Assembly (NCBI GenBank): GCA_964390845.1
Contig: CAYMIL010000003.1
Span: forward strand, 4,425-68,424
DNA: 64,000 nucleotides
Reading direction: 5' to 3'
DNA from: an uncultured Candidatus Saccharibacteria bacterium
GTDB taxonomy: Bacteria; Patescibacteriota; Minisyncoccia; Phycocordibacterales; CALRHW01
Positions 49,012 to 59,834 of the stretch are shown one piece after another (position 1 is the stretch's first letter; each line of letters starts with the position of its first letter). Both the position numbers and the translations under genes were made by a program. Below the pieces are notes generated by a model that made no database searches, was not told where the DNA came from, and saw nothing but the letters and a program-made list of their open reading frames with translations.

Positions 49012-49021
49012 CAAGACAAGT

Positions 49022-50566
49022 ATGGCAGAGGCCCATCATTCTCATAAACCATTTCATATCGGTCGCGCATCCGAGCTTTCAGGCTCGGACAGATTGTTGT
49101 ATCGACTTCTTGAGATACTCCCCGGTTTTCTTGCGTGGGGGACGATTCTTGGCGCGGTGCTGTTGTCGTACCTAGACCCAGTGCTTGCCGCAATTTTCAT
49201 TATCATTTTTGATTTTTACTGGCTTCTTAAGACAGTCTATCTTTCCATCTACCTTCGCCACAACTGGAAACGTATGCGACACAATATGTCGCTTGATTGG
49301 GGTGCAATGCTAACACATATCAAGTATGAGCACATTGTCCATTTGGTGATTTTGCCATTCTATAAAGAATCTTATGAGGTGGTAGAAAAAAGTATTCAGG
49401 CAATTCTTGATGCTCGGTACGACAAGAAAAAAATTGCGATTGTCATTGCCGCAGAAGAGCGTGCTGGAGAAGAAGCACAGCAGGTGATGGCACGAATAGA
49501 AGAACAGTATGCAGGGAAATTTGGATACTTCCTTAAGACAACGCATCCAAAAGATATTCCGGGCGAAATGGCTGGAAAAGGGTCAAATATCGCATATGCA
49601 ATTGAGAAGGCTCGCACTGATATTTTGGATGCGCATGAGGTTTCCTATGACGACGTAATTGTTTCTGCGTTTGATATGGATACCGTGGTGTACGAACAGT
49701 ATTTCCTCTGTGTGACATGGCACTTTATGACTGCAGAAAATCCATATCGTGTGTCGTATCAGCCTGTTCCGCTCTACAACAACAACGTGTGGGAGGCGCC
49801 AGCGCTATCGCGTGTTGTTGCTGCATCAGGCACATTTTGGCAGATGATTCAGCAGGAACGCCCAGAGAAACTCGCAACATTTTCTTCGCATGCAGTTTCT
49901 TTTAAGGCGCTCTATGAAATAGGGTATTGGCAGACAAACATGGTGTCTGAAGATTCTCGAATCTTCTGGAACGCATTTCTTGGCTACGATGGACAGTACG
50001 CGGTGTTGCCAATCTCGTACCCTGTGTCTATGGATGCAAATCTTGCGCCGACATTTTTTCAGACAGTTAAAAATATTTATAAGCAACAGCGACGATGGGG
50101 GTGGGGCGTTGAAAACGTGCCATACATTTTGTTTGGTCTGATAAAAAACCCACGTATTCGGTTGTGGAAGAAAATCAAGGTCGCCTTTGTTCAGCTTGAA
50201 GGTTTCTGGTCGCTTGCGACAAACCCGATTCTTATCTTTTTGCTCGGGTGGTTGCCATTGTGGCTGGGTGGAGGGAAATTTAATACGACAATTTTGTCGT
50301 ATAATCTTCCAATCATTACGCGTAACCTCATGATTCTCGCGATGGTTGGTTTGGTCATGTCTGCGATTATTTCTATAAGCTTTTTGCCACCGATGCCGAA
50401 GGGTTCAAAAAGGGGTCGCCGGATGATTTTTATGGTATTGCAATGGATCTTTGTGCCATTGACGATTACTATTTTTGGGTCAATTCCTGGTCTTGAAGCG
50501 CAGACTCGACTCATGCTCGGCAGGTATATGGGCTTTTGGGTTACTCCAAAGCATCGTGTGCTATAG
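49022..50566 (+). CDS. Membrane glycosyltransferase family 2 (processive type)
   Basis: GKGSN, DMD, SED and QQRRW motifs plus TM helices. Confidence 0.9.
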   Translation: MAEAHHSHKPFHIGRASELSGSDRLLYRLLEILPGFLAWGTILGAVLLSYLDPVLAAIFIIIFDFYWLLKTVYLSIYLRHNWKRMRHNMSLDWGAMLTHIKYEHIVHLVILPFYKESYEVVEKSIQAILDARYDKKKIAIVIAAEERAGEEAQQVMARIEEQYAGKFGYFLKTTHPKDIPGEMAGKGSNIAYAIEKARTDILDAHEVSYDDVIVSAFDMDTVVYEQYFLCVTWHFMTAENPYRVSYQPVPLYNNNVWEAPALSRVVAASGTFWQMIQQERPEKLATFSSHAVSFKALYEIGYWQTNMVSEDSRIFWNAFLGYDGQYAVLPISYPVSMDANLAPTFFQTVKNIYKQQRRWGWGVENVPYILFGLIKNPRIRLWKKIKVAFVQLEGFWSLATNPILIFLLGWLPLWLGGGKFNTTILSYNLPIITRNLMILAMVGLVMSAIISISFLPPMPKGSKRGRRMIFMVLQWIFVPLTITIFGSIPGLEAQTRLMLGRYMGFWVTPKHRVL

Positions 50567-50574
50567 TATCCTGT

Positions 50575-51441
50575 ATGGAACCGATGAAAGCAAAAAAGCG
50601 CGCGTTCTACTTCTATGCGTTTATCGTATGCTTTTTTGCTGTCGTGCCTCTCCTTGTGCTGTATTCTCTCGGCTATAGTTTGTCTACAGGGTATTCACTC
50701 ATAGAACGTGGTGGTTTGTATGTATTTACTCCAGAATCTGGTTCGTATATTTATGTAAACAATGAGCTCAAAAAGGAGACGGGGCTTTTCCAAAAAGAGT
50801 TGTTTCTCCAAAACCTTAAACCTCGAGAATATACGGTGATTGTCGCCAACGATTTATACTGGCCGTGGACAAAAGATATTGTGGTGCGAGAGAAAGAAGT
50901 TTCGCCTGTGTTTCCGCTACTTGTTCCACGCGATTTAGAGCTTCGAGAGATCAAAGTATCAACATCAACACCTGTAGTGCGTGGAGAGTATGAAAAAATA
51001 AATGCATTGTTTGCTCCCACATCGACATCGACTACGCCACAGAGTGCAACAGTTGGTGTTGCCTCAACTTCTCCAGAAGCTCGAGCTATAGAAAAGAAAC
51101 ATATGAAAGTATGGTCTGACGGCGCGTCTGTATTTGCGTCGTGGATAGGAAATGAGAGCAGAATACCTCCGTATTTCTGTGGAGATGGCGGTGGGGCATG
51201 TGTGCCAACAATTCGTGTTATCACCCAACCATCAACTATTCGCCATGTCGATTTTTATCCTGGTCGCGACGATGCGATTATTCTTTCTTCTGATGAAGGA
51301 GTGTTTGCGGTTGAGCTAGATATTCGCACATATCAAAATGCGTATCCGTTGTATCAAGGAAAAAATCCAGATTTTCGTGTTGAGGATGATGAGGTGTTTG
51401 TGAAAGACGGCTCGTTTATTGGGCAGTTTATGGCATTATAA
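50575..51441 (+). CDS. Membrane-anchored PEGA-like domain protein
   Basis: N-terminal TM, GGLYVFTPESGSYIYVN...LKPREYTV...YWPW. Confidence 0.7.
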   Translation: MEPMKAKKRAFYFYAFIVCFFAVVPLLVLYSLGYSLSTGYSLIERGGLYVFTPESGSYIYVNNELKKETGLFQKELFLQNLKPREYTVIVANDLYWPWTKDIVVREKEVSPVFPLLVPRDLELREIKVSTSTPVVRGEYEKINALFAPTSTSTTPQSATVGVASTSPEARAIEKKHMKVWSDGASVFASWIGNESRIPPYFCGDGGGACVPTIRVITQPSTIRHVDFYPGRDDAIILSSDEGVFAVELDIRTYQNAYPLYQGKNPDFRVEDDEVFVKDGSFIGQFMAL

Positions 51442-51445
51442 GAAT

Positions 51446-52183
51446 ATGGAACAGCAACAGCGGCCAGGACACCTTCATCCGATTACCCAGATCATCCGTG
51501 ACATCACGGCTATTTTTGCTGAACTCGGTTTTTCTGTCGCACGCGGTCCCGAAATAGAAAATGAGCATCATAATTTTGATGCGCTAAACATCCCGTCATA
51601 TCACCCAGCTCGTGATATGTGGGATACATTTTGGCTACAGCCGACCGCAATGAAGCAGTTGTTGCGCACACATACATCTCCTGTGCAAGTGCGTTACATG
51701 GAAACTCATACACCACCGATTCGTATTATCGCTCCGGGCAAAGTGTTTCGCCATGAGGCAACAGACGCGACACACGAAGCGCAGTTTCATCAGATTGAAG
51801 GTCTTATGGTGGGCACGGATGTTTCTCTTGCCCATCTCAAGTGGGTGCTTGAAATTTTCTTTGGAAAATTGTTTTCTCGATCTGTTTTGGTGCGCATGCG
51901 CCCGAGCTTCTTTCCCTTTGTTGAGCCGGGTGTAGAGATAGATATGTCGTGTTTTAAATGTGGTGGTACGGGATGCTCGTTGTGCAAACACACTGGCTGG
52001 ATAGAAATTATGGGCGCTGGTATGGTGCATCCGAAGGTGCTTGAAGCTGTTGGTATCGACCCGACCGTCTATCGTGGTTTTGCTTTTGGTGGCGGTATCG
52101 ATCGCCTTGCGATGTTGCTCTACGGTATCGATGATGTGCGTTTGCTGTACAGTGGTGATCTTCGGTTGATCAATCAATTCTAA
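51446..52183 (+). CDS. pheS: Phenylalanyl-tRNA synthetase alpha subunit (no N-terminal coiled coil)
   Basis: GHLHP, HPARDMWDTF, LLRTHTS, FHQIEG, FPFVEP. Confidence 0.97.
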   Translation: MEQQQRPGHLHPITQIIRDITAIFAELGFSVARGPEIENEHHNFDALNIPSYHPARDMWDTFWLQPTAMKQLLRTHTSPVQVRYMETHTPPIRIIAPGKVFRHEATDATHEAQFHQIEGLMVGTDVSLAHLKWVLEIFFGKLFSRSVLVRMRPSFFPFVEPGVEIDMSCFKCGGTGCSLCKHTGWIEIMGAGMVHPKVLEAVGIDPTVYRGFAFGGGIDRLAMLLYGIDDVRLLYSGDLRLINQF

Positions 52184-52184
52184 T

Positions 52185-54191
52185 ATGAAACTTTCGTATA
52201 ACTGGCTTTGTAAATATGTGGCATTGGACGGATATCAGTCTCCGTCAGAGGTCGCGCAACTTCTTACAGGCCACTCTTTTGAAGTTGAATCTGTAGAGGC
52301 TGTCGACCAGGGCAGAGATTATGTATTTGATGTGAGTGTGTTGCCCAACCGCGCGCACGATTGTCTTTCTCATCGTGGTATTGCTCAAGAAATTGCAGCA
52401 CTGCTCGGCACTCGTGTGTCGTTGCCACAACACGATACGACCGCGACAATTACAAACTCTCTTTTAAGCGCATCTGTTGATGATGCGACGCTGTGTCCGC
52501 GGTACAGTGCGGCAGTGATACAGGGTGTATCTGTTGGTCCGTCGCCACAATGGCTTGTGGAGCTACTTACGGCTATTGGCCAGAAATCAATTAACAACAT
52601 TGTTGACGCGACCAACTATGTTATGTTTGCGCTCGGTCAGCCGTTACATGCATTTGATTGCGCACAACTTATCGCGCGAGAAGGTGTTGGTAGCACAACA
52701 TACTCACTACGTATTCGTGAATCCGTGAAGGGGGAATCCGTCGAAGCTCTCGATGGTAAAACATATACGCTTCCTGTGGGAACACTTGTAATAACTGATG
52801 CGCACTGCAAAGACAATAAGATTCTTGGTATCGCTGGTATCAAGGGTGGTACTGCCGCAGAAATTACCACAGACACAAGAGCTGTTGTGATAGAGTCTGC
52901 AAATTTTGATCCGATTGCTATTCGCACATCCGCAAAAGCACTTGGTTTGCGCACAGATGCGTCTGTACGTTTTGAAAATGGTATTACGCCACACCTCACC
53001 TATGATGCATTGCAAGAAGTATGTCAGTTGATTTGTGAAATTGCGGGAGGGGAGATTGTGGGGACTATTGATGTACACGAAGCACTTCCTGCGCGAACAG
53101 AAATTACACTACCTTTTGCGGATGTTGAGGGTATCCTTGGTCTTGCTATTTCTCCAGAAAAAATTATTTCCTTGCTTAAGGCATTACGGTGTGATGTGGA
53201 AGAGTGTGATGGTGGCGTTGTTGTAAGGGTTCCACATGATCGGCTTGATCTCGTGATTCCACAAGATCTTGTAGAAGAGGTGGGTCGTCTTCATGGATAC
53301 ACACAGATTCCACCGCGCAAACCAGAGGAGGCTGCGGCGACCGAGGTGACTGAGGCGGACAGCGCGGCGGCCGCATTTTCGGCGCGGGTTGAGCGTGTGC
53401 GCGACGTCCTTGCCGCGGCCGGTTTTTCTGAAGTGTACACATATACATTCCGTGATACTGGTGCGCGCGAGCTTGCAAACCCAATAGCGTCAGATAAAGC
53501 ATATGTGCGCGCCAATCTCATTGATGGTGTTATTGAAAGCATGGCTCTCAATACATACAATGCACCACTCTTGCAGATATACGATGCGGTACGGGTATTT
53601 GAAATCGGTACAGTATTTGATGAACGAAGCGAGCACGTGTCTCTTTGTTGCGCTATCGCTCCAGTAAAAAAAGTAAAAAAGGCAGACGAGGTATTTCAGG
53701 GCGAGCTCGCAACATTGTGTGCTCGGATTGCATCAACAATCGGTGCTTCAGAAATTCCATCATCCGCATACGCTATTATTGAGCGCAATGGTGTATATGC
53801 TCTTGAGATTCAGTTTGAACACGTGTGCGCGTCATTGCCTCACGATGTGTCATACACCCATACCCTCGCACCTCAGGCATCTCGAAAAACATACACCCGC
53901 ATTTCTCAGTATCCATTTATGTTGCGCGATATCGCTATCTTTGTCCCTGCAGACACAGATGAAGCACTTGTTCGGTCGGTTATTCAAAGCACCGCAGGTG
54001 ATCTTCTTGTATCACTCGCGCTTTTTGATGTCTTTACCAAACAATCTGAAGACGGCACACATAAAACATCATACGCATACAAGCTCGTGTTTCAGTCATC
54101 TGAGCGCACACTTTCAGATGTCGAGGTGGGGGAAATCATGCAACGGGTTACAGACGCACTACATGCACACCCTCAATGGCTTGTCCGATAA
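52185..54191 (+). CDS. pheT: Phenylalanyl-tRNA synthetase beta subunit (no B2 OB-fold)
   Basis: PNRAHDCLS, NNIVDATNY, GQPLHAFD, DLVEEVGR and RTL motifs. Confidence 0.95.
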   Translation: MKLSYNWLCKYVALDGYQSPSEVAQLLTGHSFEVESVEAVDQGRDYVFDVSVLPNRAHDCLSHRGIAQEIAALLGTRVSLPQHDTTATITNSLLSASVDDATLCPRYSAAVIQGVSVGPSPQWLVELLTAIGQKSINNIVDATNYVMFALGQPLHAFDCAQLIAREGVGSTTYSLRIRESVKGESVEALDGKTYTLPVGTLVITDAHCKDNKILGIAGIKGGTAAEITTDTRAVVIESANFDPIAIRTSAKALGLRTDASVRFENGITPHLTYDALQEVCQLICEIAGGEIVGTIDVHEALPARTEITLPFADVEGILGLAISPEKIISLLKALRCDVEECDGGVVVRVPHDRLDLVIPQDLVEEVGRLHGYTQIPPRKPEEAAATEVTEADSAAAAFSARVERVRDVLAAAGFSEVYTYTFRDTGARELANPIASDKAYVRANLIDGVIESMALNTYNAPLLQIYDAVRVFEIGTVFDERSEHVSLCCAIAPVKKVKKADEVFQGELATLCARIASTIGASEIPSSAYAIIERNGVYALEIQFEHVCASLPHDVSYTHTLAPQASRKTYTRISQYPFMLRDIAIFVPADTDEALVRSVIQSTAGDLLVSLALFDVFTKQSEDGTHKTSYAYKLVFQSSERTLSDVEVGEIMQRVTDALHAHPQWLVR

Positions 54192-54292
54192 GTGTCGCTC
54201 CAAAACCCTTATTTTAAGCCACAAAAATACTGTTTTGTCATAGTATACGCGCTTGGTTTATTGTGCCGTTTCTGATAGAATAGGAGAACATT

Positions 54293-56356
54293 ATGGCAGA
54301 CGAAAAGAAAAAAGGAGGCTATACAGCCGAATCCATTTCCGTCCTCGAAGGACTTGAGCCTGTACGAAAGCGTCCGGGTATGTACATCGGCACCACGGGT
54401 CCCGATGGTTTTCATCATCTCATCACAGAAATTTTCGATAACTCCCGAGACGAGGCGATGGGTGGTCATGCAAACAACATTGAAATTGTGTTGTTGCCGA
54501 ACAATCGCGTACGAGTCGTAGACAACGGCCGAGGAATTCCTGTCGACGTACACAAGCAGACAAAAGTGTCTGCGCTTGAGACAATCATGACAACGCTCCA
54601 TGCCGGAGGAAAGTTTGGTGGTGATGGATACGCGGTGTCTGGAGGTCTTCACGGTGTGGGTGCGTCTGTGGTAAACGCGCTCTCTATTTTCATGAAAGCA
54701 GAGGTCCACAAAGACGGTGGATACTACATGCAAGAATACAAGCAGGGAAAGAAAAAAGCTGCCGTAAAACGCATTGGCTCAACATCATTCAACGGCACCA
54801 TTATTTCATTTGAGCCGGATGAAGAAATTTTTGGAAAGCAGACTTTTGGTTTTGATCGTATCGTCAACCACATGCGTCAGCAAGCGTATTTGGTAAAAGG
54901 ATTGCGTATCTCTGTCATTGATGCTCGAGCATTTGAAAAAGATATTCCAGAAGGCACCACATACCTTCGTGATTTCTTTGTTGAGAAGGGGGTTGATGCG
55001 CCATCACAAACATTCTATTTCGAAGGAGGTATTCTTTCGATGGTTAAGTTTTACAATCAAACACTCAAACCAATTCATAAAAATATCTTCTACATCGAGA
55101 AGATGACCAATGAGCATGAATCTGTGGAGGTGTCGCTTCAGTATGTCGACGACATTTCAAGCAGAATTCTTGCATTTGCAAACAACATCTACAACTCTGA
55201 AGGCGGTACCCATGTTACGGGCTTTAAGACCGCGCTTACACGAACACTCAATACATACGCCCGAAAAAATAACATTGTTAAGGAAAGTGAAGACAACTTT
55301 ACTGGCGACGACGTTCTCGAGGGTTTGACAGCTGTTGTTTCTGTAAAGCTACGAGAAATTCAGTTTGAAGGACAAACAAAAGCAAAGCTCGGTACTGTCG
55401 ACGCGCGTGGTGCTGTAGAAACTATTTTTGGCGATGCGTTTACATATTTCCTCGAAGAAAATCCAGACGATGCTCGGGCGATGATTCAGAAAGTATTACT
55501 CGCTCTTAAGGCTCGAAAAGCGGCGAAGGCGGCAAAAGAAAGCGTTCTCAGAAAAGGTGCTCTTGAGGGCATGACACTTCCTGGAAAGCTTGCTGATTGT
55601 CAGACAAAAGACGCTTCAGAATCCGAGCTCTTTATTGTGGAGGGAGATTCTGCGGGTGGTACCGCAAAGTCCGGTCGCGATCGTCGCACACAAGCCATTT
55701 TGCCATTGCGCGGAAAAATCCTAAACATCGAACGCGCCCGCCTCGACAAAATGCTTGCGTCTGAGCAGATTAAAAATCTTGTTGTTGCACTCGGTACGGC
55801 AATTGGCGATACCTTCGATATTTCAAAACTCCGCTATCACAAAATTGTGCTCGCAACAGATGCCGACGTCGACGGTGCACACATCCGTACACTCATCCTC
55901 ACGTTGCTGTATCGTTTCTTTAGACCACTTATTGACGGTGGGTATGTATATATTGCTCAGCCACCACTCTACAAAATAAAGAAAGGTAAGGAGATTATCT
56001 ACGCATATACAGAAGAAGAAAAAAATCAAAAGATCGGAAAGGATATTTCTGCCGACGATATTATGGAGGTCGATAGCGGAGATGAGCTTGAGGCCGATGA
56101 GGAAGAGACTGGTGCAAAAAGCAAAACTGCTCGCAAAGACAAAATTTCTATCCAGCGTTATAAAGGTCTTGGTGAGATGAACTCAGAAGAGCTCTGGGAG
56201 ACGACAATGGATCCAAATCGCCGTATTTTGAAGCAGGTTACTATCGAAGACGGTGCCTCTGCGGATAAGGTGTTTGATATTCTTATGGGTACCGACGTCC
56301 CGTCCCGAAAGTCATTCATCCAATCAAACGCAAAGAAAGCTACTATTGATATTTAA
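54293..56356 (+). CDS. gyrB: DNA gyrase subunit B
   Basis: VRKRPGMYIG, GLHGVG, EGDSAGG, PLRGK, DADVDG, RYKGLGEM. Confidence 0.97.
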   Translation: MADEKKKGGYTAESISVLEGLEPVRKRPGMYIGTTGPDGFHHLITEIFDNSRDEAMGGHANNIEIVLLPNNRVRVVDNGRGIPVDVHKQTKVSALETIMTTLHAGGKFGGDGYAVSGGLHGVGASVVNALSIFMKAEVHKDGGYYMQEYKQGKKKAAVKRIGSTSFNGTIISFEPDEEIFGKQTFGFDRIVNHMRQQAYLVKGLRISVIDARAFEKDIPEGTTYLRDFFVEKGVDAPSQTFYFEGGILSMVKFYNQTLKPIHKNIFYIEKMTNEHESVEVSLQYVDDISSRILAFANNIYNSEGGTHVTGFKTALTRTLNTYARKNNIVKESEDNFTGDDVLEGLTAVVSVKLREIQFEGQTKAKLGTVDARGAVETIFGDAFTYFLEENPDDARAMIQKVLLALKARKAAKAAKESVLRKGALEGMTLPGKLADCQTKDASESELFIVEGDSAGGTAKSGRDRRTQAILPLRGKILNIERARLDKMLASEQIKNLVVALGTAIGDTFDISKLRYHKIVLATDADVDGAHIRTLILTLLYRFFRPLIDGGYVYIAQPPLYKIKKGKEIIYAYTEEEKNQKIGKDISADDIMEVDSGDELEADEEETGAKSKTARKDKISIQRYKGLGEMNSEELWETTMDPNRRILKQVTIEDGASADKVFDILMGTDVPSRKSFIQSNAKKATIDI

Positions 56357-56411
56357 TGCAACACAATCGCCTTTGACTCGAGGCGATTTTTGCTTTAGAA
56401 TGCCCTGTATT

Positions 56412-56495
56412 GCGTAGATGGCGGAGTGGTCAATCGCAACAGACTGTAAATCTGTCGCCCATTGGGCTACGAAGGTTCGAATCCTTCTCTACGCA
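56412..56495 (+). tRNA. tRNA-Tyr(GTA), CCA not encoded
   Basis: GCGTAGA/TCTACGC acceptor; ACAGA-CTGTAAA-TCTGT anticodon arm; long variable arm. Confidence 0.95.
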
Positions 56496-56500
56496 CCCAC

Positions 56501-58336
56501 ATGACCTCATCAGTATCGCAGGAAAATTATACCCTTCAGGGGTTTTTGAGTTTTTCAAAGCTTTTTGGTACTACCAGAAAAACATTTGCCCTTGCGGGAC
56601 GTTACGAGAAATGGCGACTTGTTTTGGCTCTTGTTCTTGCTATTGCCCTCGATCTTCTTCCGTTTTTGCAGTTTGGTTCGTTTGCGCGCTTGATCGACCT
56701 TACTGTCGCATATTTGTCGGGCAGTGGAACGATGCAGGGTATTTTCACGACAACGATTGTGCTCATCTGCTCGACAGTAGCTCCCAACATTTTATCGCTC
56801 ATATACAACCTTACCCTTACGGTGTTTCGTTTTAGTCTCGACCGAAATCTCACAATCTATTTTCTTCAAAAAATTGCGTCGCTTGATATTGCGACAATTG
56901 AAACCCAACAGTATCAGGACCTTTTTCAGAAGGCAAATGAGCGTTCACTCAGGGTGTTTTATGATTTTATCTATTTTGTTATAGATAATATCGCAAACAT
57001 TTTTGGTATCGCTATCTCGCTTGCCATTCTGGCCCTTATCGATTTGCCACTGCTTGGATATGCATTTGGAGGATCAATTCTTGCGTTGTATGTACAGGTG
57101 CGATATGGCAGAGATGTGTTTTCAATATGGGATTTAAATGCAAGCAACCGTCGCCTGTATTTTAATCGCCGTTCGCATTTTCAAAATCAGACAGACCTCA
57201 CGGAGCTCAAACTCTTTCAATTGGGCCGTCGTTTCCTTGAGGAGGTGAAAAAACTTCTAAATGCTTTTGATGATGAAATGAAATCAGCCGAACGCTCAAA
57301 GTTTGTATGGGAATGTTTGGCACTCGTCGCGTTTGCACTTTGTCTGGGCTTCGGTATTTGGCGCGTGATAGGTCTTACGCTTGTTGGAGTACTTCCGGTT
57401 GGTCAGATGTTGTTTGCATACACAACATACCGCTCGTTTAAAGGAACACTTTCTGATTTCTTTAGAAAGGTTGGTTGGATGACAGAGTATATGCACTATG
57501 TGCAGTATTGGTTTTCTATCGACGATCTTCAGCCAAAGATTAGGGAAAAAGAAGACGCGCACGTGCTCAATATTTCAGAACAGCCACCACGTATTGAGTT
57601 TAAGAATGTTTCGTTTAAATATAGCCAAGAGCAGTCCTACGCTATTAAAGATTTGTCATTTGTGATTGAGCCAGGGAAAAAGGTTGCTATCGTGGGCCTT
57701 TCTGGCGCTGGAAAAACAACGCTTATTAAGCTTCTCTGTAGAGTGTATGACCCAGAGTCGGGCTCAATTCTTGTTGATGGAGTAGATCTTAGAAATATTA
57801 GCCTTGATTCATGGCAAAAGAAACTCGCGGTGTTATTTCAAGATTTTTCTTCATACCAATTTACTGCACGTGAGGCGATTGCACTCGGTGACCCTGATAT
57901 GCCCATCGATGATGAACGCGTTCGCGCTGCGGCCTCCATGGCAATGGCTCACGATTTTATCGAACGTCTTCCGAAAAAATATGACCAGTTGCTCTGGAAG
58001 GGTTTTGAAGATGGGGTAGACCTCTCAAAGGGCGAGCGACAGCGCATGGCTCTTGCTCGTACCATGTATCGTGGGTCTGCTATTACGGTTCTTGATGAGC
58101 CAACGGCGTCCGTTGATGCATTTGCAGAACAGCAGATTTTTGAAACGCTTGAACGTCTGCCAGACACTCGCACAGTGATTCTCATTTCTCACCGTTTCAG
58201 TACGGTAAAAAATGCCGACGATATTTTGGTGATTGAGCATGGTTCTCTCATCGAGCAGGGCACCCATGAGCATCTTATGCAGAAAAAAGGTCGATATGCT
58301 GAGCTTTACAAAATACAAGCAGAAAGTTATATATAA
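56501..58336 (+). CDS. ABC exporter, fused permease/ATPase
   Basis: GLSGAGKTT Walker A, LSKGERQR signature, LDEPT, ISHR. Confidence 0.94.
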   Translation: MTSSVSQENYTLQGFLSFSKLFGTTRKTFALAGRYEKWRLVLALVLAIALDLLPFLQFGSFARLIDLTVAYLSGSGTMQGIFTTTIVLICSTVAPNILSLIYNLTLTVFRFSLDRNLTIYFLQKIASLDIATIETQQYQDLFQKANERSLRVFYDFIYFVIDNIANIFGIAISLAILALIDLPLLGYAFGGSILALYVQVRYGRDVFSIWDLNASNRRLYFNRRSHFQNQTDLTELKLFQLGRRFLEEVKKLLNAFDDEMKSAERSKFVWECLALVAFALCLGFGIWRVIGLTLVGVLPVGQMLFAYTTYRSFKGTLSDFFRKVGWMTEYMHYVQYWFSIDDLQPKIREKEDAHVLNISEQPPRIEFKNVSFKYSQEQSYAIKDLSFVIEPGKKVAIVGLSGAGKTTLIKLLCRVYDPESGSILVDGVDLRNISLDSWQKKLAVLFQDFSSYQFTAREAIALGDPDMPIDDERVRAAASMAMAHDFIERLPKKYDQLLWKGFEDGVDLSKGERQRMALARTMYRGSAITVLDEPTASVDAFAEQQIFETLERLPDTRTVILISHRFSTVKNADDILVIEHGSLIEQGTHEHLMQKKGRYAELYKIQAESYI

Positions 58337-58339
58337 AGT

Positions 58340-59485
58340 ATGACAAAGCACACTCTTGATCGTTCTGGTTTGAGGACATGGATTGAGGTTGATACTCACG
58401 CACTCAAACACAACATTGCTTCTTTGCGTTCGGCTATTCCGTCGTCTGTAAAAATGATGGCTGTTACAAAGTCTAACGCATATGGTCATGGCCTCGTGGA
58501 ATTTTCTCAACACGCTGAAGCCTGCGGTGTGGACTGGATTGGTGTGGATTCTATTACAGAGGCAATCGCACTTCGAGAGGGTGGTATTAAGGCTCCAGTG
58601 TTTGTTTTGGGCTATACATTGCCAGAAATGTTGCCACGTGCCGCGGAGCACTCTATTAGTTTGAGTGTGTCGACCTTTGAAACACTGTCTGCTATCGCCG
58701 GCACATCTTTTTCAGAGAAACTTCGCATACATATTAAGGTTGATACGGGCATGCACCGACAGGGCTTTCAGGTTCATGAGATAGATCGTGTTCTTACAGC
58801 GCTTTCCGAGCTTGGGGACAACGTTATCGTCGAAGGTCTCTTTACTCATTTTGGCGCGGCAAAAAACCCGTCGTTTCAACAGCGAGTATTTGCGCAAATT
58901 ATGCAGTTTGAGCAGTGGGTGAAGGCGTTTTCTGGAGCAGGAATACACCCCCTCAAGCACGTTGCCGCAAGTGGTGGTGCAATTGCGTTTCCTAATTCCC
59001 ATTTTGATATGGTACGCATTGGTATTGCAATGTATGGCGTATATCCTTCAAAAGAAGTGTCTGCGTTTTCTCATCATACGCTCAACCTCAAGCCCGTGTT
59101 GTCGTGGCGAACGGTTATTGGAGAAACAAAGCGTGTTGCCAAGGGTGAGCGTGTCGGGTATGACTTTACAGAAGAGCTCACACGCGACTCCGTCCTTGCG
59201 GTGTGCCCCATTGGATACTGGCATGGCTATCCACGAGCGCTCTCGAGTATAGGTGTCGTGCTTGTTCGCGGCGCGCAGGCGCGTGTTGTTGGACGTGTAT
59301 CTATGGATATGATTGTTATTGATATTACCGACATTCCTGAGGTGTCTGTTGGCGATGTTGTAACCCTCATTGGTGCGGATGGAGACGAGTATATAGGAGC
59401 TGAGACTCTTGCCGACAAGATAGATATGTCTCCGTATGAGTTTATTACCCGTCTCAACCCCCTCATAAAACGCATCTACCGCTAG
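58340..59485 (+). CDS. alr: Alanine racemase
   Basis: KSNAYGHG, KVDTGMHRQG and GRVSMD motifs. Confidence 0.97.
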   Translation: MTKHTLDRSGLRTWIEVDTHALKHNIASLRSAIPSSVKMMAVTKSNAYGHGLVEFSQHAEACGVDWIGVDSITEAIALREGGIKAPVFVLGYTLPEMLPRAAEHSISLSVSTFETLSAIAGTSFSEKLRIHIKVDTGMHRQGFQVHEIDRVLTALSELGDNVIVEGLFTHFGAAKNPSFQQRVFAQIMQFEQWVKAFSGAGIHPLKHVAASGGAIAFPNSHFDMVRIGIAMYGVYPSKEVSAFSHHTLNLKPVLSWRTVIGETKRVAKGERVGYDFTEELTRDSVLAVCPIGYWHGYPRALSSIGVVLVRGAQARVVGRVSMDMIVIDITDIPEVSVGDVVTLIGADGDEYIGAETLADKIDMSPYEFITRLNPLIKRIYR

Positions 59486-59523
59486 CGTTGCTTTTTAGGC
59501 CCTTTTCGGGTATAGTAGCACCC

Positions 59524-59682
59524 ATGTCACAAGATAGATTGATAAAACTTGTCTGCAAGGATTGTAAGCGGGCAAATTACCAGAGCAGTAAAAACAAAAA
59601 GCTTGTAGAGCGAAAGATTGAGCTCAACAAGTTCTGTTCATGGTGCAAAAAGCGAACAGCGCATAAGGAGGCCAAGAAATAA
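59524..59682 (+). CDS. rpmG: 50S ribosomal protein bL33
   Basis: CKDC...KNKK...KFCSWC..HKE. Confidence 0.95.
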   Translation: MSQDRLIKLVCKDCKRANYQSSKNKKLVERKIELNKFCSWCKKRTAHKEAKK

Positions 59683-59706
59683 GCTCTGGCCCCTGTATAG
59701 TTCTTT

Positions 59707-59778
59707 GGGCCTATAGTTTCAATGGTAAAACGTCGGTCTCCAAAACCGTTGTTCCCCGTTCGAGTCGGGGTGGGCCCG
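59707..59778 (+). tRNA. tRNA-Trp(CCA), CCA end not encoded
   Basis: GGGCCTA/TGGGCCC acceptor; CGGT-CTCCAAA-ACCG anticodon arm. Confidence 0.93.
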
Positions 59779-59834
59779 CCGACCCTCGCAGGTCTGTGAT
59801 ATACTTATAAGCGTTACCAAGTAATAGAATTTTT

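Noticed and set aside
56410-56500. ORF starts overlapping tRNA-Tyr (56410, 56462) and similar ORFs over tRNA-Ser, Thr, Trp and Leu
   Set aside because: They are translations of tRNA genes; the ABC exporter plausibly starts at ATG 56501.
59707-59778. Possible alternative genetic code (UGA recoding as in Gracilibacteria/Absconditabacteria)
   Set aside because: TGA terminates msrB and def at expected lengths, long genes have no in-frame TGA, and Trp is read by a CCA tRNA.
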